From Zygophlyctis sp. KS116 (lineage: Eukaryota; Fungi; Chytridiomycota), in contig BAAFSQ010000150.1 of the NCBI GenBank assembly GCA_054661495.1, positions 1-24,052 on the forward strand: DNA of 24,052 nt. Direction: 5' to 3'. This document shows, piece after piece, positions 10,201 to 20,701 of the stretch (positions are counted from its first letter, which is position 1; the number at the start of each line of letters is the position of its first letter). Both the position numbers and the translations under genes were made by a program. The notes under the pieces were generated by a model. It ran no database searches. It saw only the letters and a list, made by a program, of their open reading frames with translations, and was not told the DNA's origin.

Positions 10201-12254
10201 CTATAACTTTAGATAGTCCACAACCTCTGAAAGACTCACAAGTGACCAATCCTCCTTGGAAATTAATCCTAAGCGGCAAAATGTAGAATCAAATATTTGG
10301 ACTTTGCGATTGGAAGATTCCGATTTGGTTTCTTGATTTGAAGGTTTGCTACAAGTTACTATCCGAAGATTAATCAATGGACAGGAGGGTTCATCCACAT
10401 CATATATATATAGCAAGCCTTTGGTTGGTTTAATAGTAATAATACCTAGAGAATTGTACACTATTACAAATTGGAAGTCACTGTCTAGAATTTTACCACT
10501 CGATTTGATATTAGTGGTCCTATTTTTAGATTCAATTGTGAATATGTCAGAATCATCAATATCAAAATTCGTTCTATAAGGAATATAGTATGCCCTGATT
10601 ACTCTCAGTTCATTCGGGTAAGACCTTGTTGATCCATCTCCACAGCCGATTAAAAGTCTCGGCCTTTTAGTATTTCGATGAACAAAAGGAGTGATGAAGA
10701 AAATCTAGAATCATTGTAAAATAAATAAATACTTGATTAAAAGGTTTAGATGCGTCGGTATCTAATTCGGACTCATCGTGATGTTCACCACCTTCAATAA
10801 AATTTTCCCTAGTCTAAACATTAGAATATTATATATTATACATCACAGACCCAAGATACAATTAAGAACTTGATAAATTGAGTTTCATCGCCATTTGAAT
10901 CATTGTAGCTAAGGGATATACGTAATACTACCCCAGATTCAAGGCCTATCAGCAAGGTTTTCGAGACAACATCTCCAACAATTATTTTAGGACGGCCTTA
11001 TGTTAATACCATCAAATAGGCATACAAAAAACTGCATCTTTTGGAATTTTCGGTTGTAAATCAGATATATTTTCAATTGCTCGACGCTTTCTATCAGATG
11101 CTACCAGCTCCAAATCCGCAGCATTTAAAGACCAAAGTAGCTCCAGGCCTAAATTATAACCTGATATAATGCCAGTTTCGTTTTTCACTGATATAATCAC
11201 GATTTGCTTTTCAAATGGTAGGAAGCAAAGTTCTTTTATTTCTGAAGCGCTGATTGACACTTTATGTTCTATTTTACATCCCTATCGCATAAAAAAGTAC
11301 TTTTTACAATCGTTTGAAAATTTAAATTATAGTTTAGAGTAAAATTAAAAATAGACAATCCATTTTCGGAACTGATTGCGAATCTATGATTTGAAGTTAA
11401 CGCATTCTCTCTGTCCGTATCACTAGCGAAAATTCCATTTTTCGCTATCCAATCTTGATACATATCCTTCATTTCAGCAGTTTGGTAAACTTTCTCGCTG
11501 GTCTCTGGTTCTGTAATTACCTCGGCATCTGAAATTGATTCTCTACTTTTCAGCATATCATGACGATCCAATTCAAATACATCCTCGATTCTGCAAACAT
11601 TCTTTACATCACTTATAAATTCAATCTTGTCTGTATCAACTAAAGTTGCATTTTTTGCTTCTTTGGTATCAATCGCCCAAAGCTCATATCTGCCATGAGT
11701 AGTAAGAACCAAAAAGGTCAAATCATTTAATGCAAAAACTGAATTGATTTCATCCATCATTGAGAAAAAGAATCTTTGTAATTTCGGTCCCGCTGACAAT
11801 TAGATCATTAAAAATACCAGCAGCCAATTCTTTCGTCCTCTGAAACTCTGATCTCATCTTTGTAATAGTCTTGTTTAATGCATGAGATGCAAAAACCTCT
11901 TTTTCTCTCTTAACCATTAATTATTTACCAACTCACCTTTTTTTCCAAGACATTCCTTTGTTCCAGCTTGAATTTTTGGAGTTCAGCAGTGGAACTATTG
12001 ACAAATGCACGATCTGAAAGATCATCCGCCATCAAATTGACTTCTTCAGAAAATAGACTCAGTGGATTTGTAGCATGCCTTTTACCAATAATACTCTCTT
12101 TTAAAGCCTTTTCTAATCCCTTAATACTCCAAAAATTAGTTTTTACCTCGAGAGAAATTCGGACAGAATTAATTCGATTCCTTTCCTTTATCAATTCATT
12201 ATCAATTGGAGATTTAACGTCTATAATCTTTTCTTCATTCTTTTTAGGAGGCAT
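10201..12254 (-). CDS. Hypothetical protein, probable degenerate WD40/beta-propeller
   Basis: Six introns of 25-32 nt join the ORF-track pieces (11925-12254, 11269-11799, 11012-11260, 10201-10461) into one frame. WD-like strands LVLTTHGRYELWAI, LLIGLESGVVLRI, LLIGCGDGSTR and GLLYIYDV. Confidence 0.65.
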
Positions 12255-12273
12255 AATAATACTTTCCGGAAAA

Positions 12274-13317
12274 TTAAATTCTAATAAATCCCTTTCCAGT
12301 TTGAGAATAAATAGAAATCTTTACAGGATCCAGAGACTGAAAAGACACCCAACCTCCTCCAACAATACCAAATGTTTCATCTATTTTTTCTTGATTAATT
12401 TCAGTCACCAACTGAAATGATTGTACGCTCTCTAATGGTGGCACTAATAATTTCCCTGCTTGAGTTCTAAAAATTTCATCACCTCTACTAGTCTTGTGTA
12501 TATATAACTTTGAATTAGAATAAATAGTTATTTTAAGTTTTTGTAGAGATTCTACATCAATCCTTAAATACCCTCCCAGAAATATTGAACATGGTTTCTT
12601 TAAATCAAATTCACTAGTCTTAATTTTCCTTGTAATAATTGCCAATTTCAAATCCTTTATCCCCCAATCTTTAATAAAATTCTCTGGATGATCTATTCCT
12701 GGAACTTCTAATATATTTTTCCCATTAATCTTTTTAGATAGTAAACCTAGAGTAGTTGCAGGAGCTATAGAGACTGTAGCTAATTTTTCTTTTGACTTGT
12801 AAAACTTTATAAATGCATTAATTAAACTTGATTTCCCAGAATTTACTAATCCAAACAATGCAGTATTATCTGGCAATTTATCCCAAACTTTATCTATTCC
12901 AACAAATTTCTTGTCACTAGTAGAAACTGCCAAAATTTGTTTATCAAAATCCCGCCTAGCTTTAGAAAGTATGCCATCTAATAATGTATCTGGAATACAA
13001 TCTCTTTTAGTCCCAATAATAAATTCAGTTTTTGATCTTGTAAACGGATCTTTTAATAATGTTTTTAGAAATGCATTGGATGCCTGATCAGTTAGATCAG
13101 TTGTCAAAACCAATGAATGATTGACCAATCTCTCCTTGAACTTATTCCATGATCCTAATCTATTCCAAAATAGTAATTTCTCTTGACTGGAGAGGGAATG
13201 ACATCTAATACAAATACGATCCAAGGCTAGCGCATGCTTATTAATAGTAAAATATCCAGCGCCAAGAGAATCTACAGACTGCAAGTAGATTCCACAGCCG
13301 GTGCAAGACTTGTTCAT
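12274..13317 (-). CDS. Circularly permuted GTPase of the YqeH/NOA1/Gep3 family, intronless
   Basis: N-terminal CTGC...CIRC zinc finger; G4 (GTKRD) precedes G1 (GLVNSGKS), G2 (PATT) and G3-like (EVPG); C-terminal SIFLGGYLRID and GGGWVSF motifs. Confidence 0.85.
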   Translation of the reverse strand: MNKSCTGCGIYLQSVDSLGAGYFTINKHALALDRICIRCHSLSSQEKLLFWNRLGSWNKFKERLVNHSLVLTTDLTDQASNAFLKTLLKDPFTRSKTEFIIGTKRDCIPDTLLDGILSKARRDFDKQILAVSTSDKKFVGIDKVWDKLPDNTALFGLVNSGKSSLINAFIKFYKSKEKLATVSIAPATTLGLLSKKINGKNILEVPGIDHPENFIKDWGIKDLKLAIITRKIKTSEFDLKKPCSIFLGGYLRIDVESLQKLKITIYSNSKLYIHKTSRGDEIFRTQAGKLLVPPLESVQSFQLVTEINQEKIDETFGIVGGGWVSFQSLDPVKISIYSQTGKGFIRI

Positions 13318-13339
13318 GTTCTAGTCTTAGGGCGGACCA
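13318..13339. promoter_or_regulatory. 22-bp divergent spacer between the GTPase and NOT3 start codons, containing TTAGGGC
   Basis: GTTCTAGTCTTAGGGCGGACCA lies between CAT (13315-13317) and ATG (13340-13342). An in-frame stop two codons upstream fixes the GTPase start, and NOT3 N-terminal conservation fixes the other. Confidence 0.6.
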
Positions 13340-15304
13340 ATGACGAGCAGAAAGTTGCAAGCAGAAATAGAAAAGGTTCTCAAGAAGATTGCAGAGGGAG
13401 TAGAGGTTTTTGAGGGGATATTTTCAAAAATTCAGACGGCAACAACTCTAGTAATACAAGATTTATAATTACAAGGCACAAAAGGAAAAGTATGAGGGGG
13501 ATTTGAAAAAGGAAATTAAGAAATTACAACGGTTTAGAGATCAGATAAAAACATGGCAAGCGTCCAATGAAATCAAGGATAAGAAACTATTGATTGAAAA
13601 TAGAAGGTTGATTGAAACTGTAATTTTGGGTTTTAATGTATTTTTAGCAAATGGAAAGGTTTAAAGCTTGTGAAAAAGAATTAAAAACTAAAGCATTCTC
13701 AAAAGAAGGTTTAAATGCTGCGGCTAAAATAGATCCAAAGGAACAGGAAAAGGAAGACTTGTGTACATGGGTTAATGAGACGGTAGAATCATTGTCAATG
13801 CAATTAGAGAAATTTGATGCAGAATTAGAGAGTTTACAAGTCTCTTTGAAAAAATCAAAAAAAAATGATGCAGGAAGATCAGAAAGGTTGGAGCAAGTTA
13901 GAAATCAGATTGAAAGGCACAAGTTTCATATAATGAAATTGGAAATTATTTTAAGAATGATGGAAAATGGAAATTTAGGATTTGAACAAGTATTTTTTTA
14001 GTTTTTTTCAAGGATTTTAGGTTCGTGGGATTCAAGACGATGTTAATTTTTATGTTGAATCAAATCAAGATCCGGATTTTGCGGAAGATGAGGGAATATA
14101 TGATGATTTACACTTGGAAGAAGCTGAAATATTTGGGTTTGCAAATGAAGATGAGGAAAATCTTTTGGAATCTAGTAATGATGTTTCACCTTTATCTCCG
14201 ACAAGAAAAGATTTGGAACCAAATATACCAGAAACAGAAGTTGATTCTCCTAAAAGGACTTCTCCAAAGGAACAAAAGGAGTTTAAGGAGGAAGAGGTAA
14301 TTTATAAATTACTTTAATTATCAAGGCAACGTCCCCCACTAAACCAAAGTTAATATTGTCTACAGTCACTATATCTAAAAAAGAAGAGCCAAAACAGAAG
14401 CCTGCTCCTAAAATTGCTCCTCTGCCTCCAAAACCAGGAACCACTCTTCCTCTTGTAAAACCTCCTCAGGAACCTGCACCAACAGCACCATTGCCAGTGA
14501 AATATGCTTCTGCTGCTGCTGCTTCTTTGCCTCCTTCACAGCCAGAATTAAGTCGCCCAAATTTAGCGGCGAGTCTGCCAATCTCATATGAAAAGCTTAC
14601 TCATCCAGATTCTAGTTTAGAAAGCGTGCAACAGGAAGAAATTGTGGTAATTTTCAACTTTTATAATTGAATAGCCACAGTCAAAACCTATCTTGAATGA
14701 ATCCATTGGTGCTTTTGATGATTTAAAACATGCCTTCTTTTCTGATTTGCTTTCATCTTATGACTCTATAAAGTGGAAATGTACTATAATTTTAAACTTA
14801 AAAAATAGCCCAATCATCATCAGAGCGAAATTATTTTCAATTAATGATGGACTCAAGTCTTCAATATCGTCCCGAAGCATCTGATTCAGAAAGGTTTTCT
14901 GTTATATACTTTAATATCTAGGCCATTTTCTTATTTACCTAAAAATCCGTATCCAACACCCGGATATTATCCACAGATACCTTATGCCATGTTTGAAAAG
15001 AACCCACTTTTATTTGAAAAATTCGATATTGATACCTTATTCTTTATCTTTTATTATCAACAGGGATCATATCAACAGTATCTTGCTGCAAGACAGCTCA
15101 AAAAATACTCTTGGCGGTTTCATAAAAAGTACTTGACGTGGTTTCAAAGGCATGAAGAACCTAGGACCATTAATGACGAGTATGAACAAGGCACTTATAT
15201 ATACTTTGACTATGAAGCAGCATGGTGTAGAAGAAAAAAGGTTGACTTTAGGTATAAATTATTTTTTTAATTTTAGATTTGAATACCGTTATTTGGATGA
15301 CTAG
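13340..15304 (+). CDS. NOT3: CCR4-NOT complex subunit Not3/Not5
   Basis: [67 protein letters not shown], Pro-rich linker, NOT box [44 protein letters not shown]. Eight introns of 25-31 nt; stop TAG 15302-15304. Confidence 0.96.
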
Positions 15305-15355
15305 AAGCGTAAAGTAAAGGTTTTTAATAGGGTTTTGAAAGGGTTTTTTTCCATT

Positions 15356-15864
15356 ATGAGATTTATTCGTCAACTTGGACTAGTCAGCCGTAGATTCCAA
15401 TCAGCGATCGCACAATCCACAAATGCTTCATCAAATGCAAGTCCGGATCCCAAGATTATTGCAATAGTTGATCAGATCTCTAAATTAAACTTGTTAGAAA
15501 CTGCAAGATTAGTAGAAAGTTTAAAGGTATTATTGCATTGTTAAATAATAAGTCGACTCTTGGTATTCAGGAAATGGCAATGCCTGTATCTGCAGCTGCT
15601 CCGGTCGCCCAGGGAGATGAAGCTGCACAAGAAAAACCTGCAGAAAAGACACTCTTTACCGTTAAACTAGAGAAAATAGATACAGCCTCAAAAGCTAAAA
15701 TCATTAAAGAGATCAAGGGACTTTTGCCTGGAGCTAATCTCATTGAGGCAAAAAAGTTTGTCGAGGGAGCACCAAAGGTCATCAAGGAAAATCTATCAAA
15801 AGAAGAAGCGGAAAAGATCAAGAAAACCTTGGAAGCTGTTGGAGCCACAATAATTTTAGAGTAA
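15356..15864 (+). CDS. MRPL12: Mitochondrial ribosomal protein bL12 (L7/L12)
   Basis: Presequence MRFIRQLGLVSRRFQS, IVDQISKLNLLETARLVESLK, EKTLFTVKL, LIEAKKFVEGAPKVIKE. One intron at 15527-15552. Confidence 0.93.
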
Positions 15865-15868
15865 AAAA

Positions 15869-16482
15869 TCACTCCCATTCTTTTTTAATTTCCAATGTCC
15901 ACGACCACTCTAAATGAGTGACCTTGTCATCATCTACAAATTTACTCTTTATATTATATTTTCCTCTTGCAAGCCTAGAATGATATCTTTAGAAACTTAC
16001 ATTCCTGAAGGAGCTTCATCAGTATCAAATTTAGTTTCAAACGGTTCAGCCTTTGGACCATAAGATCCAATCATTTCCTCCATTTGATCAATCTTTATTC
16101 CCGATCTTTTTACAACATGCAAATATTTGAGCCCACATACAACATCATTTTGTATCTTGAACTTGATGACGATTCTATATGTAACTCCTTCCTTTAAGAC
16201 AAAAGTTTTAGAGTTTAATTCATCTAATATAATATTAATACGGTTCATTATACCAACTTTAGTTAGATCCATAATCATATCGGGCCTTCCCTCCACTTGC
16301 AATACCATTTGCAAGACCACAACTTTTCTAGAGTCATTTGATGATTGTGTTGCAGAAAGCCCTAAAGATTCTTTCCATTTTCTTAGTGATTCATCATTTG
16401 CATCCAAACTTTGCAGCTCTTGTATTGTCTTTTTTTCTCCCACCTTGTATCCAGTGTCTATAGTTTCCTCTGCATCGTCCAT
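15869..16482 (-). CDS. RDI1: Rho GDP-dissociation inhibitor
   Basis: [72 protein letters not shown]. Introns at 16224-16253 (in frame) and a 26-nt intron after APSG. Confidence 0.95.
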
Positions 16483-16490
16483 CTTCGACT

Positions 16491-16522
16491 TTTCGTGTTT
16501 CGTGTTTCGCGTTTGGTTCGCG
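16491..16522. promoter_or_regulatory. Tandem SCB/E2F-like cell-cycle elements upstream of Cdt1
   Basis: TTTCGTG (16491-16497), TTTCGTG (16498-16504), TTTCGCG (16505-16511) and TTCGCG (16517-16522). The reverse complements CACGAAA/CGCGAAA are the SBF-binding SCB consensus. Confidence 0.65.
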
Positions 16523-16533
16523 AGCGATTTGAA

Positions 16534-18061
16534 ATGACACAGAAAATCACTTCATTCTTTCCTCAGAGCAGGTCCCAGGTATGTTATTGGTTGTTAAAAT
16601 GCAGATTATTAATAGTAAAAAGCCCATTACAAAAGGCACACTTGTGATTAAGAATGGACTCTCTAATCCCAATGGTTCATTATCCGTCAGTAAAGAAGTT
16701 TCAGAGCAAACAAATGAAAATATTCAACCTGTAGAGCAGATGCAAACGCCGATAATTTTGCCTCAAGTTTGTGAGGAAACTAAACCATATTTGAGTAAAA
16801 AGAGGAAGTGGGAAATTGCAGAGGAAATTCATAGTCCAGAATATACAAAGGCATTAGGCGTCTCTTCAAATACTACGCTTGTCAATGGTGCAAATTTAAA
16901 GAAACAGGTCGAGCTGCCGATGCACTATATAAAGCTAGAAAAAATGTTTTTGGCTTTAGAGTCGACAATTACTTTTATGAAAAGTAGAGATCAGGCAATA
17001 GTATTTCATAGAATTCAAAGGGCTGTTCAGGGAATGTGCAACTCAAACTTTGAATTGAAACACTTGGGTCAAATGATCCATTTAGTTCCTGGCTTATTTA
17101 TACTTGAGCCAGTAAAAATAATACATTTAGGAGTTAAAAAAGACTCATTGGTGTTTATTACAGACTCAAATACTGGAAAAGAATTTACAGATTCCAGCAA
17201 GGTTGTTTTTGGAGGAACGCAAGTAAATATACCAAAATTTGAAAATAATACAAACGTGATTATGCAAGCAGAATTAAAAACAAAAACTTTATATGAAAGA
17301 AGAAGGAAATTTCATGATGCATTAGTACATGAGGCGTTATTGGGCTACAATGTAAATTTTTGCTCATTTAGTGAATAGAAATATTTGGTTTCAATTGGCA
17401 AACCAAAAGTGGATACTCTTCCATTTAAATGGCATAAAGGATTTGATGAAAATACCTTGCCAGAGATCACCTCGGCTGATTTGCCGATAGCTGTTTTGAA
17501 ACATGAGGCGAAAGATGACGTTTTGAAGGAGATTTTCAAGGTTTTTTTAAATAAATCTAATATCTAGGATCAGAAACCAAAAGATTGCATTCTTAAGGAG
17601 GAAGAGAAGTCTTCTTCAAATTTATCATCTGAAAAGCCAAAATCAAAAGCAGCTCAATTATTAGAAAGGATAAAAGAAAAGGAGCGAAAAAAGAAGGAAA
17701 TGTCGGTCCCAGTTCAGAATCCTGCTGTTTTAAAAGAAAATTCAATGCTTCAAAGAATGCCGGAATTGATTCAATCTTTGAAACTATTCTATGCAAAAGA
17801 AAATCGGAATTTACTTTTAATTTTTAAAGTATGCAATCATCTTTCAAATAGTATGATAAAGCGGCCCATCTCAAAAGGTTAGTATTTTCACGCATAATGT
17901 TTTTAGATGAAGCGTTAGATCATATCAAACTCCTTTGTAAAATAGTACCCAACTTCATTTCAATTTGCAAAACAGATTTCGGTACAAGCTTGAAAATGAA
18001 TCAATTAAAGTTTGAAGAAATTGAACAAGCTCTAAAAGAATATAGTAAAAAAGATTGTTAG
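16534..18061 (+). CDS. CDT1: DNA replication licensing factor Cdt1
   Basis: First exon MTQKITSFFPQSRSQ (PIP-degron-like), LPMHYIKLEKMFLALESTI, FELKHLGQMIHLVP, ERRRKFHDALV, KWHKGFD, LLERIKEKE, EALDHIKLLCKIVPNFI. Four introns (26, 27, 27, 29 nt); stop TAG 18059-18061. Confidence 0.88.
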
Positions 18062-18099
18062 ATACTTTATTCAAATTGAACTGAAAATAAAACAATCAG

Positions 18100-19323
18100 C
18101 TAATCCAAATTTAATTTTTGATGAATTTGTTCATAATTAGCAGCATTTCGTTTTATAATATCCACGACAGGGCCCAGTAATCGAACAAATGCTTTTTTTC
18201 CAAGAGTGGCACATTTCAATTTTCCTTTTGCGGTGATAGTAGCTTTTCTAGGTTGATCCAAGAGGAGTGCCAATTCTAGACTTTAACACTTAAAAAATTA
18301 CCTCCAAAATAATCTCCCTTTTTCAGAGAATGCATCTGATGCTCAACACCATCTGAATCAGCCTGTGTAACAATGGCTTCTCCGGATTCAATTATATAAA
18401 AGTTGTCACCTGGATCTCCTTGCTTCATTATAACATGCCCGTCTTCAAAAGTAACAGATTCAAGAGCGTCAGCAATCTTATGACGCTCATAAGGTTCTAA
18501 AGAGAGCAAAAGAGGGACTTCTTCTAGGAAAGATTCATACATTCGAAGTTTTCGAGAAGTAATTTCCATCAAAATACGTCTAAAGGTGACTCGGTCCAGA
18601 GCCCAAATAACAGAATCCTTTGTAGCAACAACAGTTGCCGCTCTAGGAGCATTATACATGAGAGCCAACTCTCCAAAACTACCGCCACCTTCATATTCAG
18701 TAACTTTGACTGGTGGATTTCCATTTCTAGAAACAAAAACATCCAATGCCCCCTCTTCAACGACATAAAAGAAATCACCAATTCCACCCTGTTTAATAAC
18801 TTCTTCACCAGACTTGACCTGCTTTTCAGCCATGGCATTGACAACATCAACATACTGTTCTTCGTCTAGAGATCTAAATAAGAAATTTCCTCTGATAGCA
18901 ACCTCGATCCGTTTTTTTTGTTCGTCCGATTTTGGAATGACAACTTTTTCATAGTCTTTGTCTAAAGTAGGAGCCATAGATTCTGCAGATACAGAAGTTC
19001 TGCGACCTCTATTATGATTGGCTGGAGGTGGAGTTGGTGCCTTATCTTCTTCCTCATCCTCCATATCGTCATCGTAAGCAGGGTTATCTTCTGTATTATC
19101 TTGTGCTGGTGCCAGTTCAGTATTGACAACTTGCTTTGGTTCTCCTATGATTAATATCCATGCTTATACCTTTTTTGTCAATCAATTTCTTATCAAAGTA
19201 ATTGGCGCAGAATTGGTAAATGTCCTTTGGTTGAGCTCTTAAAATTTCTCTATTCAAGTCCTTTAAAATCTCTGGAAATCCTGGAGGGACTGAAAATTGG
19301 TCTGGGTTAAACTTCTCAGCCAT
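18100..19323 (-). CDS. PKAR: cAMP-dependent protein kinase regulatory subunit (RII/Bcy1 type)
   Basis: RIIa docking domain VPPGFPEILKDLNREILRAQP, inhibitory site RRTSV, two cNMP cassettes FGELALMYNAPRAAT and FGELALLLDQPRKAT. Two introns (25 and 26 nt). Confidence 0.96.
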
Positions 19324-19451
19324 TTTTAAAAAGTAAACGTCACTTTCTAAATCTTCCGATCAAAACACGCGGCCGAGCCATCTAGTCGTGGTCAGACTGC
19401 CTTGCCCGATAAGACCAGCGCGCATAAGTTGTCGGATACTCGCAAATTAAA

Positions 19452-20701
19452 ATGAATCAGCCTGTAGTCATTGATAATGGATCAGGGGTCATCAAAGCTG
19501 GTTTTGCTGGTCAAGATCAACCAAAATGTTTCTTTTCTTCATGCATTGGAAGACCAAAATACTTGCCGATCATGGTAAATGTTGAATTTTAAAACTATTA
19601 GGCTGGTGCGACTGAGGAAGAATTCTTTATTGGTAAACGTGCACAGGAATTAAGGGGATTATTGTCCCTTTATTATCCTATGGAACATGGAAGAGTTGAA
19701 ACTGAAAGGGGATGGGAAGCAATGGAAAGGATATGGTCGTGGTTATATTCTGAAGAATTAAAATGTGAGCCAGAAGAACATCCAGTCTTGCTCACTGAAG
19801 CACCTCTAAATCCTAAAAAACAGAGGGAAATTGCGGCACAATTGTTTTTTGAAACTTTTAATGTTCCATCAATGCATATATCAATCCAGGCTGTGTTAAG
19901 TTTGTAGGTGATTTTAATATTAATGATAGATACGCATCAGGGAGAACCACGGGGATTGTGTTGGATTCTGGAGATGGGGTATCACATACTGTCCCTGTTT
20001 ATGAAGGATTTGCAGTGCCAAATGCTATTCAAAGGATTGATCTTGCTGGAAGAGATGTTTCTGAATATTTGAGTCTTTTATTAAGAAAATCGGGATCGGT
20101 TTTTCAAAGTTCGGCTGAAAAGGAAATTGTGAGACTAGTAAAAGAAAAAACTTGTTATGTTGCAGGTAATGTTTTAAAAGAAGAAAAGGATAAAATTGGA
20201 AAGTTTGATGATTTCGTTTTGCCAGATGGTAAAGTTATAAAGGTATTTTTGAAAATATAATTTGTTAGATTGGGGCTGAAAGGTTTCAAGCACCCGAAAT
20301 ACTATTTAATCCTGAGATTGCAGGATTAGAAATGACTGGAGTTCATCAAAATCTAATTGATTCAATACAGCGAACTGATGTCGATTTAAGGAGGTCATTG
20401 TATTCAAACATTGTATTATCTGGAGGATCGACTCTATTTAAAGGTAATTTATTCATTTCGAAATTAATAATAGGATTTGGAGATCGCCTTTTATCGGAAA
20501 TCAATAAAATCGCTCACAAAGATGTAAAAATAAAGATTTATGCGCCCCCTGAACGAAAATATTCAACCTGGATTGGTGGATCTATCCTGGCATCACTAAG
20601 TAAATTATCATTTTTAAAGTCTAGGTACGTTCAAGAAAATGTGGGTTACAAATGAAGAATACCAAGAGGACCCAGGAATAATTCATAAACGATTTTTTTA
20701 A
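19452..20701 (+). CDS. ARP1: Actin-related protein 1 (centractin, dynactin filament)
   Basis: [97 protein letters not shown]. Five introns of 25-30 nt. Confidence 0.93.

Noticed and set aside
11968-12420. 150-aa plus-strand ORF, and similar antisense ORFs (2497-2874, 15567-15878, 16127-16537, 20766-21203, 8267-9795 set)
   Set aside because: They lie antisense to well-supported genes, are Ser/Phe/Leu-rich as expected for shadow frames, and show no recognisable motifs.
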